A DNA stretch of 64,000 nt, taken from the sequence record NC_031126.1, one strand, 5' to 3'. This document shows positions 8,560 through 17,853 of this stretch, piece by piece. The position numbers and the translations under genes are program-made. Each line of letters starts with the position of its first letter. Position 1 is the stretch's first letter. The notes beneath the pieces are model-generated. The model saw only the letters and a program-made list of their open reading frames with translations. It searched no databases and was not told the origin of the DNA.

Positions 8560-9315
8560 CTATTTGCTTTCAGACAACTGCTTGAGCTGGACAGAAGTGG
8601 CTTCCATCGCATTAATCAGTTCGTTAGTCTGTTTCATGAACAGACCGAACAGCTCTACCCAGTCAGACGCATTGTCAACCATCTTGATGATGTCGGCAGC
8701 GTTAGACGCGTGGATAGTGGTTTCACTGATGGTGTCCACACTGACGCTAATCGTTTCGATGTTGCGGTCGATGTTTTTCTTCAGCTTCTTGGTCAGCTCA
8801 GTGTGCAATGCTTTAGCACGAGCCAATACCGTTTCGATATCACCGGCACTGTGATAAACCTTTTCCAGTGGGCGACTGTCTAACGCGGTTGTGGTGTATG
8901 AGGAAGCAAGCTTCTTCACCAGGTCTTGCGGGTCGACGTTTTTCAACGGGAACTTGAAATCTTTATAGCGGAAAGTGCCTGGTACAGACAGACTGGCTTT
9001 GTCGTGTGTGAACGCAGCCAACTGTTTGGTCACTGGGTCTAATACCCCGGTTACGATGTCTTGCAGTACCGACCAGACCGATTCCAGACGTTGGACGTGG
9101 TCAATCATAAACACGTTCATACCCGGCGGCACTGGAACCAACATGCCACGGAAATTCATGAACTTCTCTTTGCGCATCCAGCGGGCCAACTCACCAGCTT
9201 CTTCTACCGTCGCGATAGCTTCGGTAGCTTTTTGGTTGTCAACTAACACACCAGGTAAGACAGTTGCGACCTTCGAGGCAAAAGTCGAAAGCGCAGCAAT
9301 TGGATTCAGGTTCAT
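8560..9315 (-). CDS. Probable virion (head) protein
   Basis: GAGG RBS with ATG at 9315, upstream CTTAGTATG late-type motif, A-T-E motif at residues 30-32. Confidence 0.6.
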   Translation of the reverse strand: MNLNPIAALSTFASKVATVLPGVLVDNQKATEAIATVEEAGELARWMRKEKFMNFRGMLVPVPPGMNVFMIDHVQRLESVWSVLQDIVTGVLDPVTKQLAAFTHDKASLSVPGTFRYKDFKFPLKNVDPQDLVKKLASSYTTTALDSRPLEKVYHSAGDIETVLARAKALHTELTKKLKKNIDRNIETISVSVDTISETTIHASNAADIIKMVDNASDWVELFGLFMKQTNELINAMEATSVQLKQLSESK

Positions 9316-9346
9316 TTTCACCTCGAGGGGAATAAAGGAAGGGCTA

Positions 9347-9355
9347 CATACTAAG
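9347..9355 (-). promoter_or_regulatory. Putative late promoter CTTAGTATG
   Basis: Identical 9-mer upstream of the sheath gene (51182-51190). phiKZ late promoters contain TATG at the start site. Confidence 0.5.
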
Positions 9356-9357
9356 TC

Positions 9358-9385
9358 TTTTTACAGCTGTACCCTGTGTTATGTA
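9358..9385 (+). promoter_or_regulatory. Bipartite promoter-like motif TTTTTACAGC-N13-ATGTA
   Basis: Same flanks and spacing as 1116-1143. Upstream of the uvsX operon. Confidence 0.5.
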
Positions 9386-9409
9386 GACGTCCAACTGAGG
9401 TAATTGAGA

Positions 9410-9682
9410 ATGGAATTGAAAATGTTTACCCGCTCACTGCGCGGGAAAGTTGAACCAGAGATTTACACCACCCCGATCAAGAAGAACCCGGACAACTCTC
9501 AGTTAGTCGTCGGGACGATCAAAGATATCACCGCTCAGTCTGACGGCCGTCGTCTTGTCACTATTGAGATTGACGATCGCAACAAGAACCGCTTCCGTAA
9601 CCTGGAAGGTGAGCAATGGGTTGAGAACCACTTCGAAGTCTGGCACGGTCGCCGTCTGTTGTTACCCATCAAAAAACGTTAA
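9410..9682 (+). CDS. Hypothetical protein
   Basis: GAGGT RBS, ATG at 9410. Confidence 0.7.
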   Translation: MELKMFTRSLRGKVEPEIYTTPIKKNPDNSQLVVGTIKDITAQSDGRRLVTIEIDDRNKNRFRNLEGEQWVENHFEVWHGRRLLLPIKKR

Positions 9683-9702
9683 TATAAAAAACGGAGCGCT
9701 AA

Positions 9703-11199
9703 ATGGCAGGCCCAGCTAAGCAAGTCATGGGGGAAGTAATTCGCCCACGTTTCAACGTGTTTACCATCATGGATCACGCTCTCGGTACGTACGAGAAAGG
9801 TGAGGATGGTCTGTATTACCTGAATGGCGGCTTTGCCCACATCATGGGTTTCGCAGGTCGTGGTAATACCTTTAAGTCCACACTGTTGGACTTCTGTATC
9901 TTCATGATACTCCAACGCTATCAAGCAGATTGGGGGTCGAAGTTTGACACTGAGATCTCAGCTGCGCTTGACCGTTTAGAGCAAGGTTTCATTTCAGCGA
10001 AGAACGCGAATGGCATCCGCGATGATTCTACCGTTCTGTCCCTGATTGAAGCAGGTCGTTATAACTTAGTCGGTGCAGAGATTCTGCCTGGCGAAGAATA
10101 CTACGCCACGTACATTCGTGACGAAGTTGAAGGCCGCTTCAAAACGTATATGGCAGGTAAAGGTGTTCGTGAAACGCCATTCCGTGACCCTATCCGTAAA
10201 GCCAACAAGAAGATGAACGACCCGTGGCTCTACTCCATTGACTCTCTGTCAGAATGGCACTCTTCGAAAATTGAAGATAAACACTCTGAAACCAAAGTCG
10301 GTGACTCTGAGCAGAACGCCCTGAACATGCGTGACTCACTGGAGAAATCCAACATGATGTCGCGCTGGCCAACGGCGTTGGCGCGTGGTGGTTTCTTCCT
10401 GGGCTTTGTAGCACAGCTGGCCGACGACTCTGGCAAAGCCATGTCGAACACCCGTGGTGCTAAACCGGCTAACGCCAAGCTCCTGGATGATGCTGGTGAT
10501 GATCTGAAGTTTGCGGGTATTCCCCGTCGTCAGATTTCCTTCCTGACCAACTCCCTGCTGGTAGCGACCAAGTCCGGTGAGTTGAAGCACGATAACACGT
10601 ACGATGCCAAAACTGGCGTTAACGAAGAGATGTATCCGACCAGTCGTTCTAAGGCAATGAACGCCTCAGTAAACGACTTGAAAGAAATCGTCTTTACGCA
10701 GTACCGTGCGAAGGGTGGTCATACCGGCGTTAAGTTCCGTATGGTGTTCTCACAAGAGATGGGCCTGTTGTACCACCTCTCTCTGTGGCATTACCTGAAC
10801 AAAGTGTTGAAGTCCGATTTCGGGTTTGACAGTTCCGGTTCGGGTGGCGCAATTAAAGAACTGCACATCTTACCGGGTGTTAAGTTCCAGCGTACTACCA
10901 TTCGTGACCTGTGCGATGAGAACAACCGTCTGCGTCGTGCTTTGGAGATTACGGTCGCCCTAGCTTACATGCAGAACAACTATCATCGTCTGGAAATGAA
11001 GTACCACATCACTCCTCAGGAATTGTATGAGAAGATCAATGAGAAGTGGGACTGGAACGAGATTCTCGACAACACGGTTGAATACTGGATGTTCAAAGAC
11101 CAGGAAGTCAAAGGCGGTAAACGTTGCTTAACCGCGATGTCTCTACTGGCGATGGCGGTTGATGGTCTGGAGCCGAAGTTCTTAACCAAGAAAAAATAA
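9703..11199 (+). CDS. uvsX: UvsX/RecA-like recombinase (phiKZ gp152-like)
   Basis: Walker A variant GRGNTFKST, FDTE, Walker B YSIDSLS. Position between RNase H and the vRNAP beta C gene as in phiKZ relatives. Confidence 0.75.
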   Translation: MAGPAKQVMGEVIRPRFNVFTIMDHALGTYEKGEDGLYYLNGGFAHIMGFAGRGNTFKSTLLDFCIFMILQRYQADWGSKFDTEISAALDRLEQGFISAKNANGIRDDSTVLSLIEAGRYNLVGAEILPGEEYYATYIRDEVEGRFKTYMAGKGVRETPFRDPIRKANKKMNDPWLYSIDSLSEWHSSKIEDKHSETKVGDSEQNALNMRDSLEKSNMMSRWPTALARGGFFLGFVAQLADDSGKAMSNTRGAKPANAKLLDDAGDDLKFAGIPRRQISFLTNSLLVATKSGELKHDNTYDAKTGVNEEMYPTSRSKAMNASVNDLKEIVFTQYRAKGGHTGVKFRMVFSQEMGLLYHLSLWHYLNKVLKSDFGFDSSGSGGAIKELHILPGVKFQRTTIRDLCDENNRLRRALEITVALAYMQNNYHRLEMKYHITPQELYEKINEKWDWNEILDNTVEYWMFKDQEVKGGKRCLTAMSLLAMAVDGLEPKFLTKKK

Positions 11200-11238
11200 T
11201 CGTTGACGGCGGGGCAACCCGCCGTTATAGGAGCTGAC

Positions 11239-11529
11239 ATGCGTTATCAAGATAGTATTGTCGAGCGCCTGCGTCAAGGTCTTGCGGCTATTGATCGACA
11301 AGAGAGCGAGAAGTTCGTTGCGAATTTCTCTACCCCACGACAATCGCTGAAAGAGTTCGCTATTGAAGCGAATGCGTATTATACCCAGCTGTTCACTGAT
11401 GCCACCCAAGGCAAAAGTAAAATGCCGGTAATTGGTACGCCTGAAAATGCGGACGCCATCCCGTACTGGATAGAAGATCTGGAGCGTGCTGTGTATCCTG
11501 ATTTACGTCTATCGAGGTTGATTCAATGA
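11239..11529 (+). CDS. Hypothetical protein
   Basis: AGGAG RBS, ATG at 11239. Confidence 0.7.
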   Translation: MRYQDSIVERLRQGLAAIDRQESEKFVANFSTPRQSLKEFAIEANAYYTQLFTDATQGKSKMPVIGTPENADAIPYWIEDLERAVYPDLRLSRLIQ

Positions 11530-12194
11530 GATTAGATCCTGCACGCCGTAAAAAGGCTGAAGCGTATGTGATTCAACTGTTGAAGCTTGTTGACCCCAGC
11601 GGCATAAATGCTGAGGCGATGAAGCGCCGTCTGCCAAAAATGTCAGACGATGATTTCAATAAACTACGCGATGGTATTCCTATTTACAATCCGGCGGGCG
11701 GGAAGGTGCAGATTGACCACATGCGCAACATTGAAATCTGTCGCGTTATGGGGTTAGAGCTGTGCCAGCGTTTGTATTTTACTGAGCCGAAGACGGGGTT
11801 GCTACACCGTACTCGTTGGCCTCACATTGTGATGCCGTTACCTGCTCGTAGACAAACGCAGATGCAGGAAAAGAAAATGGCCGTGGCTAAGAACGACAAA
11901 GTTCGTGACAAGCTATCTGGTCAGGTGGTGGGGCCATCAAAAGCCTCAGGGGTATCCTTCCCGGAAGCCTACATCATGTTCTCTGACGGGCTCGATAACA
12001 CGTTGGAAGAGTTCCTGCATGCACGCGGCGGCAATGAAGCATTGCAACGCGCGTTCTATCAATCCATTCGTCAAACCGGTGCTGGCCGTATTCAGATTCC
12101 TGGTGCAGAACGTACCAGTGCAAAAGCTACACGTACGTGGAGTGCTTATCTGAAGGCCATGGGCATCGGTAACAATATAGGTAACCCGCAATGA
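11526..12194 (+). CDS. Virion RNA polymerase beta subunit, C-terminal piece (phiKZ gp149 / SPN3US gp218-like)
   Basis: RDKLSGQVVGPSKASGVSFPEAYIMFSDGLDNTLEEFLHARGGN aligns with the RpoB C-terminus ([39 protein letters not shown]). Confidence 0.75.
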   Translation: MRLDPARRKKAEAYVIQLLKLVDPSGINAEAMKRRLPKMSDDDFNKLRDGIPIYNPAGGKVQIDHMRNIEICRVMGLELCQRLYFTEPKTGLLHRTRWPHIVMPLPARRQTQMQEKKMAVAKNDKVRDKLSGQVVGPSKASGVSFPEAYIMFSDGLDNTLEEFLHARGGNEALQRAFYQSIRQTGAGRIQIPGAERTSAKATRTWSAYLKAMGIGNNIGNPQ

Positions 12195-12919
12195 GAACTG
12201 GCCGCCGATATCTTGTGTGTGTAGACACCATCTTCGATACCCGTATAGGGTGGGCAAGAGTTACCCATCCCAATGAAATTGCAGCGTTTGACCTGGATGT
12301 TTATCGGGGTCGGCGTTCTGAGTATTGGGCTGAGTTGGCGGGCATCCCTGGTTGGGACAAGCATTACATGAAGCGCGATAAGCGTGCACTAATGAATGCA
12401 GAACCAACTGAGTTCTTGTACGGATTGAAAAATCAGCTGTTGGCCGATATCACGCAGATTCAAATGTCTGCGCCGCTAGAGCCGCCTGTGTTGACCATTA
12501 ACATGTGGCCATATACCGATTTAACTGAGGATGAGGCCGAGCGGTTTAAAGCACACTTCCGTATGTTCTACAACGAGGTGAGGGTCGAGCTGACCTTCAC
12601 TCCATTCGGTAACCTGACCATCGGTCATTTGAATGCGTTGTGGGATACTTGGTATATGTACGACTGGTTCCGTTGGATAGACATTCAGGCAAAAAATTTA
12701 GAAGTAAAAGCACCGGTATTCACAATAGTGATACCGGCACTTCTAGTGTCTGATATTCCCAACTCGTCAGCGGATGCAATTGAGCGAGACAACGTCAACC
12801 CGTTCCTGGCGTTGACGCGGTTTATGGAGGAAATCGTAACCGTTGACCCTGTGGATGCGCGACTGTTTAGTATTCGTCGTCCTCGTCCACAGGACGCTGA
12901 GAAAACGCCGTCTTCATAA
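12191..12919 (+). CDS. Conserved hypothetical protein, degenerate HAD-like N-terminus
   Basis: ATGA coupling, N-terminal YLVCVDTIFDTR. Confidence 0.65.
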   Translation: MRTGRRYLVCVDTIFDTRIGWARVTHPNEIAAFDLDVYRGRRSEYWAELAGIPGWDKHYMKRDKRALMNAEPTEFLYGLKNQLLADITQIQMSAPLEPPVLTINMWPYTDLTEDEAERFKAHFRMFYNEVRVELTFTPFGNLTIGHLNALWDTWYMYDWFRWIDIQAKNLEVKAPVFTIVIPALLVSDIPNSSADAIERDNVNPFLALTRFMEEIVTVDPVDARLFSIRRPRPQDAEKTPSS

Positions 12920-13343
12920 TCTGCTCTACGTCGACTTTCTCTCCTACCGGTGCCAACTCGCCTTCGCCTTGTCCCCCATCAGGGATATGTGGAATGGCGG
13001 GTTGGTACCCACTATTTTCACCTTCCGGTGGGCCATCGTGTCGTTCGATGCGTGCGCCGCGCTTATCACGTACCCAGTTGTTAAGGGCGTTGGCCACGTC
13101 TTGCTGTGCACCGGCTGATTTACTGGCAGCTTCCGCACGCTGCTTACCGAGAATCTGTTTATCGACACCGGCAAGCATTTTCTCCAAAGACCCGACTAAA
13201 TCCTTGTCTTTGTGGACGCCTTGCTCAGCCATGATATCATTGGCAATACGGATACGGGCCTGACGTGTCTGGCGAAGAAGCGACTCTACATCATCTACTT
13301 CGCCGTCGAAGGCTTGGTATTTAACCACTGCTTCTTCGCTCAT
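12867..13343 (-). CDS. Hypothetical protein
   Basis: GAGGA RBS, coiled-coil-like sequence. The 3' end overlaps the convergent gene by 53 bp. Confidence 0.7.
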   Translation of the reverse strand: MSEEAVVKYQAFDGEVDDVESLLRQTRQARIRIANDIMAEQGVHKDKDLVGSLEKMLAGVDKQILGKQRAEAASKSAGAQQDVANALNNWVRDKRGARIERHDGPPEGENSGYQPAIPHIPDGGQGEGELAPVGEKVDVEQIMKTAFSQRPVDEDDEY

Positions 13344-13372
13344 GGATTATTCCTCATCTCAAAAAGAACTCA

Positions 13373-13392
13373 GACAGATATTATCTTCATGA
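13373..13392 (+). promoter_or_regulatory. Putative early promoter GACAGATATTATCTTCATGA
   Basis: Copy of the 20-bp motif, 25 nt before ATG 13418. Confidence 0.6.
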
Positions 13393-13417
13393 GTTACTGC
13401 TCACTAAGGATCAACAT

Positions 13418-13954
13418 ATGTCATTCAAGTGGCTCACAAATCCTTTAAAGCAATACGTCTATAAACGCCGTAGAAGCTTTTTAGAAGGCGAGTTCCATAA
13501 GAATGCCCACAACCTTCACCAACGAGTCATGGTAGGCTTAGAGCTGCTTACAGAGCCGCTGGTATATGGTAAGGAAGATTACCATCCTCTTCCTTTAACG
13601 GGGCATTTAGAACTCCGTTGTGCATCAGTAACCATCGTGTATGAACGACTATTATTCTTAGTTCGTGATTACAATCGCGTTATCGGTGAACCGGGTCACA
13701 ACCCGGAATGGAGTTCCTATCCAACAACCCTGGAGGCAAAAGCAGATGTTACAAATCGCAAGTGGTTAGACGATTATTTCGCGACTCAGGATTCAGAGAA
13801 AGCACGGGATGAACTCCGTAAAATCTTCTGTCTCTTAGATATTTATCGTGAAGCTTTCAATAAAGACGATGGCGACGCTGATAAAGATGTGCTGGCCAAC
13901 CGAGCAGGACATCTCTTGCGCGAGTTAGAGCGTATAGTGGAACACTACCTCTGA
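13418..13954 (+). CDS. Hypothetical protein
   Basis: AAGGA RBS, 178 aa. Confidence 0.7.
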   Translation: MSFKWLTNPLKQYVYKRRRSFLEGEFHKNAHNLHQRVMVGLELLTEPLVYGKEDYHPLPLTGHLELRCASVTIVYERLLFLVRDYNRVIGEPGHNPEWSSYPTTLEAKADVTNRKWLDDYFATQDSEKARDELRKIFCLLDIYREAFNKDDGDADKDVLANRAGHLLRELERIVEHYL

Positions 13955-13984
13955 CAGACTTCCACCCTTGTAACAAGGTGAAGC

Positions 13985-14827
13985 ATGGCAAAGAAACGCG
14001 ATGATAAGGTAGTAATGAGTATACGCCAGGGGGCAGAACGCGACACCCCTATCGGTTTATACCTACAGACTGCCTACTGGAAAACTGTTTCCAAGATGGG
14101 GCTCACCCCTGAGATTTGGAAAGAAAAGGCGAGAGAATTCGCACATGATGAACGTTATCGTGGGCGCTCTACTGCCGAACCGAACGAACGACTCTCCCGA
14201 TTAGCCACTGCACTAACGAGTGGTAACATGCCGGGCGTTGGCGTTGACCTGACCTGGAAGCGTTTCATTGAGGGTCTGGTACTTCTGGGTATTGACACGT
14301 TGACAATAACTATGAAAGGTAAGCGAGGCAAGTTCGGATCGTCTGCAACTGTGTCTGCTTCCTGTCATCCTCATCTCGATTTATTGAAGACGTTAAATCG
14401 TGAAGATGAGGAGAGCGTGAGGCGATCAGCGAGCAATGCTCTCAATCACTATTTCGAGAACCCGCGTAATACGGCGAATAAAGTGATGGAGCATATCCTT
14501 CTAAAGTTACTCTGGGGTTTCTTTGCCGAATACGATATTCGTGCAGACATGTGGCGACGTTTAGCAGCTGCCTATGTGAATAACCCTAAGAACTGTCCTG
14601 CGTTGTCTAACCGACGCAGTGATATGCGCCACAATCTAGAATCGGCTATTCGTTATACGAAGAAACTGACCTGGAAACGCTTTCTTCAGGCATTGAAAGC
14701 GATGGACATGCGGGAAGTAACCTGTGTGTTCTTGGTGCGTGACTCTAGAGGATGGGAACATGAAGTTGAGCTGGCGATTGACTTAACCAAACTCGTACTA
14801 CGGAGTAATAGCGATGGCACAGAATAG
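13985..14827 (+). CDS. Conserved hypothetical protein with two internal repeats
   Basis: LTWKRFIEGL and LTWKRFLQAL each end a similar ~100-aa unit. Confidence 0.7.
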   Translation: MAKKRDDKVVMSIRQGAERDTPIGLYLQTAYWKTVSKMGLTPEIWKEKAREFAHDERYRGRSTAEPNERLSRLATALTSGNMPGVGVDLTWKRFIEGLVLLGIDTLTITMKGKRGKFGSSATVSASCHPHLDLLKTLNREDEESVRRSASNALNHYFENPRNTANKVMEHILLKLLWGFFAEYDIRADMWRRLAAAYVNNPKNCPALSNRRSDMRHNLESAIRYTKKLTWKRFLQALKAMDMREVTCVFLVRDSRGWEHEVELAIDLTKLVLRSNSDGTE

Positions 14828-16097
14828 TTTTGAAAACTTCACCGGTCGTATCAGTGATGTCGGTAATGCTGCCGACCAGGTGCAGTATAAAGCCGCTGAT
14901 GCCGTTAACCGTGTCCAGAATACCGTCGACAGTGCGCAGCGTGGTGTTGATGCTGCGACTAACCTCTATGATAACGTAACTGAAAAGGCCGGGGAAACCT
15001 GGAACAGTATCAGCGAGGGGGCAAGTGGACTCACCAGTAAGGTGGGCAACTTGTTTGGGGGTAGTGACTTAGCATCCACTAACGCAGTTCAATCTGCGGG
15101 CTCCGGTGACTCAGGCGCATCGCCTACTAACCGTATTGCCGGATTCGCTAACGATCCGAAAGGAACACTACCAACCCTCGACCCGATGAAACGTGATGTC
15201 TCCGAACCGTTCAAAGCGGCGAACGAGGCAGCCAACGGGGTGATGGGTTATCTGCAACCTGGCAAGGCAGGCAATTTGCTGTCTCAGGGTTTCCAGAAAC
15301 TGAAAGACATTCGCGATGGGGCACTCAGCGCAGTAGGGACAAACTACGACGCTGTGAAGAAACGGCTGGAATCCACCATGCAGTTGGCGGGACAGCTCTC
15401 ACGGCTACCTGGGGAAATCCAGCAGGAAGTGTATGGTTATACATCGGCATTTAACAATGCTAAGTATGAAATCACTTCGGTTATCGATGGAACAAAACAC
15501 ACCTTCGACAGCTTCAAGGATTTCGATGACTATTTGGCCATTGACAATCTGATTAATAGTTTTACCGGAAAGTCAGACGATATTCGTAGTCTGGATATCG
15601 GCACCTCGTCTGCACTCATCTACGGTATCTCAAGCAAGTTGTCTGAATATGGCTTGCCTGCGAAGACCGATCCGATGGTGGACGCCATCACTGACCCTGT
15701 AGCAAAAGCCGCGCTATATGGCGAGCTACTGGTTCAAGCGGCGGGGATTGGTAAACTCGAATCGGTCGAGTATTACATTACCAAGCTCCAGCCGGGTCAA
15801 GGGCGTGAGTTAGCGCCTGATGTGATTCCTGCTTTACTGCGGAATCTTCAGACTAATGATGGTGAGGGGTTTAAAGCATTAGGCCAGCGTGTATTGGCTC
15901 TGTGCAACTCACTGAATCCAAACTGGGATAAATCCACTAAGACGCCAGTGCGTACTGAACTGTTGCCGTACACCTATTGCAACAGCAATGCTATCCAGGC
16001 ATTGATTACAACCGTCAAGCGGCCGTTTGTTTGCGCTGCGGGTAATCGTCGCTTAGTGTCCACCGATATCCTGGTAGACCAGTTCTTTCCGATTTAA
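14814..16097 (+). CDS. Probable virion protein with Ala/Asn/Ser-rich amphipathic N-terminus
   Basis: 427 aa, repetitive helical N-terminus. Function inferred from composition only. Confidence 0.55.
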   Translation: MAQNSFENFTGRISDVGNAADQVQYKAADAVNRVQNTVDSAQRGVDAATNLYDNVTEKAGETWNSISEGASGLTSKVGNLFGGSDLASTNAVQSAGSGDSGASPTNRIAGFANDPKGTLPTLDPMKRDVSEPFKAANEAANGVMGYLQPGKAGNLLSQGFQKLKDIRDGALSAVGTNYDAVKKRLESTMQLAGQLSRLPGEIQQEVYGYTSAFNNAKYEITSVIDGTKHTFDSFKDFDDYLAIDNLINSFTGKSDDIRSLDIGTSSALIYGISSKLSEYGLPAKTDPMVDAITDPVAKAALYGELLVQAAGIGKLESVEYYITKLQPGQGRELAPDVIPALLRNLQTNDGEGFKALGQRVLALCNSLNPNWDKSTKTPVRTELLPYTYCNSNAIQALITTVKRPFVCAAGNRRLVSTDILVDQFFPI

Positions 16098-16106
16098 GGT
16101 GTAAAC

Positions 16107-17102
16107 ATGTCGAAGAATGAAATGCAGGCACGGGAACAGTTAGTAAACGAGTTGTTTCGTGCGGGTGAATGGGATGGCACGGTTTGTCGGCAAATTGCCG
16201 GACGTCTGTTACATAACCAATTTTTGAAGTTCATCAAAGAAGAGAAGGCGTTTGATTCGTCTCTTCCTCTGTCTGAAAGGATAGAAGCATTTCGCAGTAA
16301 AGAGCATGATGCGTTATTCGGCAACGGTATGGCGCACCGCTTTGGTTTCGATTCTAACGAAGGTATCTTGGCGTATGATGTGACGCGACTCCCAGATAAT
16401 CTCGGGTCTGTCGCTCGCGAGTGCTATGTACGTTATCTGCGTTCGTTAGGCTGTCGTTCCATGCATGCTGACCGTAACCCGTCAAGCGATGGCCTTAATC
16501 ACTACAACATCTATTCTCAGGCACGTACTGAGGTAGGTAAGATGGCCAGCAACTTTGAGTCAGCGGAAGGTGTTGGGTTTGATACCCCACACGGCCGATT
16601 CAAAACGTTGGAAGGCTATTACCATGTTCTTCGGGTGTTGGATTATTTCATCGCCATGGGTGAGGGGTCGAAAGACGTTGATCCGTTGATGCGGGATATC
16701 TGTATTCTGCAAGACCACATCCGGGCGTTCCCGGAGCTGGATGAACTGTATCGTCTCGATGGTGCAACTTCTATCCGTGTTGGTCGTGAAGTGAAACGCA
16801 ATATCTACGGTGGCAGTAACTACCGTCCAGGGGCGTTCTCTGAGCATGCCGAGCGTTGTTTTATGATAGCGCTGGTACGCAAGTTGCACGTCTTACAGTA
16901 CGATGGCCGTTGTCTGGGTAACGTGCTGGCTGAGATTGTTCAGCAGGGTGTACCGTTAGACCACTACTACGTGATGAATGGTCGTATCATGCGGCCGAAG
17001 TTCTCGGAGTGGTTGCCTAATTTGATTACTCGGATTGTTGAACATATCGATCCGTACTCAAACACGTTTGACCCCGAAGAGGTCATTAAACTACTGGAGT
17101 AA
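16107..17102 (+). CDS. NADAR-family (YbiA / T4 gp30.3-like) domain protein
   Basis: ASNF...GFDTPHGRFKTLEGYYHVLR and LYRLDGATSIRVGR match the NADAR pattern SNF...F..xEGF...K...L.G..A...GR. Confidence 0.6.
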   Translation: MSKNEMQAREQLVNELFRAGEWDGTVCRQIAGRLLHNQFLKFIKEEKAFDSSLPLSERIEAFRSKEHDALFGNGMAHRFGFDSNEGILAYDVTRLPDNLGSVARECYVRYLRSLGCRSMHADRNPSSDGLNHYNIYSQARTEVGKMASNFESAEGVGFDTPHGRFKTLEGYYHVLRVLDYFIAMGEGSKDVDPLMRDICILQDHIRAFPELDELYRLDGATSIRVGREVKRNIYGGSNYRPGAFSEHAERCFMIALVRKLHVLQYDGRCLGNVLAEIVQQGVPLDHYYVMNGRIMRPKFSEWLPNLITRIVEHIDPYSNTFDPEEVIKLLE

Positions 17103-17105
17103 TCC

Positions 17106-17765
17106 ATGTCATTACTGGATGTGTTGGATGAAGTGGAGAAGAAGATGGAGGGCGAGGTTGTTAAAGTCGCTCGTGAGTCTATCTCCACTGAGAAAGAGAA
17201 AGAATACTGCATGTGGGTCAAGCCGACTGTTGAAGGTTGGCGTTGGCTGTATGAGCAGAAGGGTGAGTTCCATCTGGATGTTCTGATGCCTATCGCGGGT
17301 GGACGCCGTCGTGTTCGTATCCATACGGACAAAGCACAGCTTACGCTCAAGCGTTGGACAGAAGAAACCGGCACGGTGGAAGAGAACTCTGACATCGGTC
17401 TGGCGACTGCACTGACCTTCTACGGTGACGGCCATGCTGCTCACTTGGTACGCCGCATCTCTTTGGATGCAGGTGAACTGAAAGAGAAAGGTGGAAAGCA
17501 CTGGGACATCGATGTGTTCTACGCTTATCAGGGACGCCCGATGATTCCTGACCAGCAAGCTCTCAACGATGTCGTAAGCACTGCCGAAGCAGGCACCTCT
17601 TACGGCGAGTGGGTGAAGGTTGAGCTGGAAGTCGAGCGCTTTGAACTGGAGACCATTCGTGATCTCATTCCGTTCGAAGTTGAAGAAGCGATGCCGAGTC
17701 GTCCGAGCAATCAGGAAGACCAGGTGTTTCTTCGAGATTATTGGGATAACGTCATCAGTCTGTAA
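17106..17765 (+). CDS. CYTH-like triphosphate tunnel metalloenzyme
   Basis: N-terminal EKEKEY (ExExK-like), RVRI, LTLK, WDIDVF and C-terminal VELEV. Confidence 0.65.
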   Translation: MSLLDVLDEVEKKMEGEVVKVARESISTEKEKEYCMWVKPTVEGWRWLYEQKGEFHLDVLMPIAGGRRRVRIHTDKAQLTLKRWTEETGTVEENSDIGLATALTFYGDGHAAHLVRRISLDAGELKEKGGKHWDIDVFYAYQGRPMIPDQQALNDVVSTAEAGTSYGEWVKVELEVERFELETIRDLIPFEVEEAMPSRPSNQEDQVFLRDYWDNVISL

Positions 17766-17769
17766 GCGA

Positions 17770-17805
17770 GTCCACCCTTCGGGGTGGATTCCTTTTTTCT
17801 TTTTT
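17770..17805 (+). terminator. Intrinsic terminator
   Basis: TCCACCC-TTCG-GGGTGGA plus long T tract. Confidence 0.85.
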
Positions 17806-17829
17806 CACGTATAGTGCGCAGATTATGTA
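17801..17829 (+). promoter_or_regulatory. Bipartite promoter-like motif TTTTTCAC...TATGTA
   Basis: AC-to-ATGTA distance of 18 nt, as at 1121/1139 and 9363/9381. Confidence 0.45.
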
Positions 17830-17853
17830 CAAAACCTCAATGGAATAATAATC

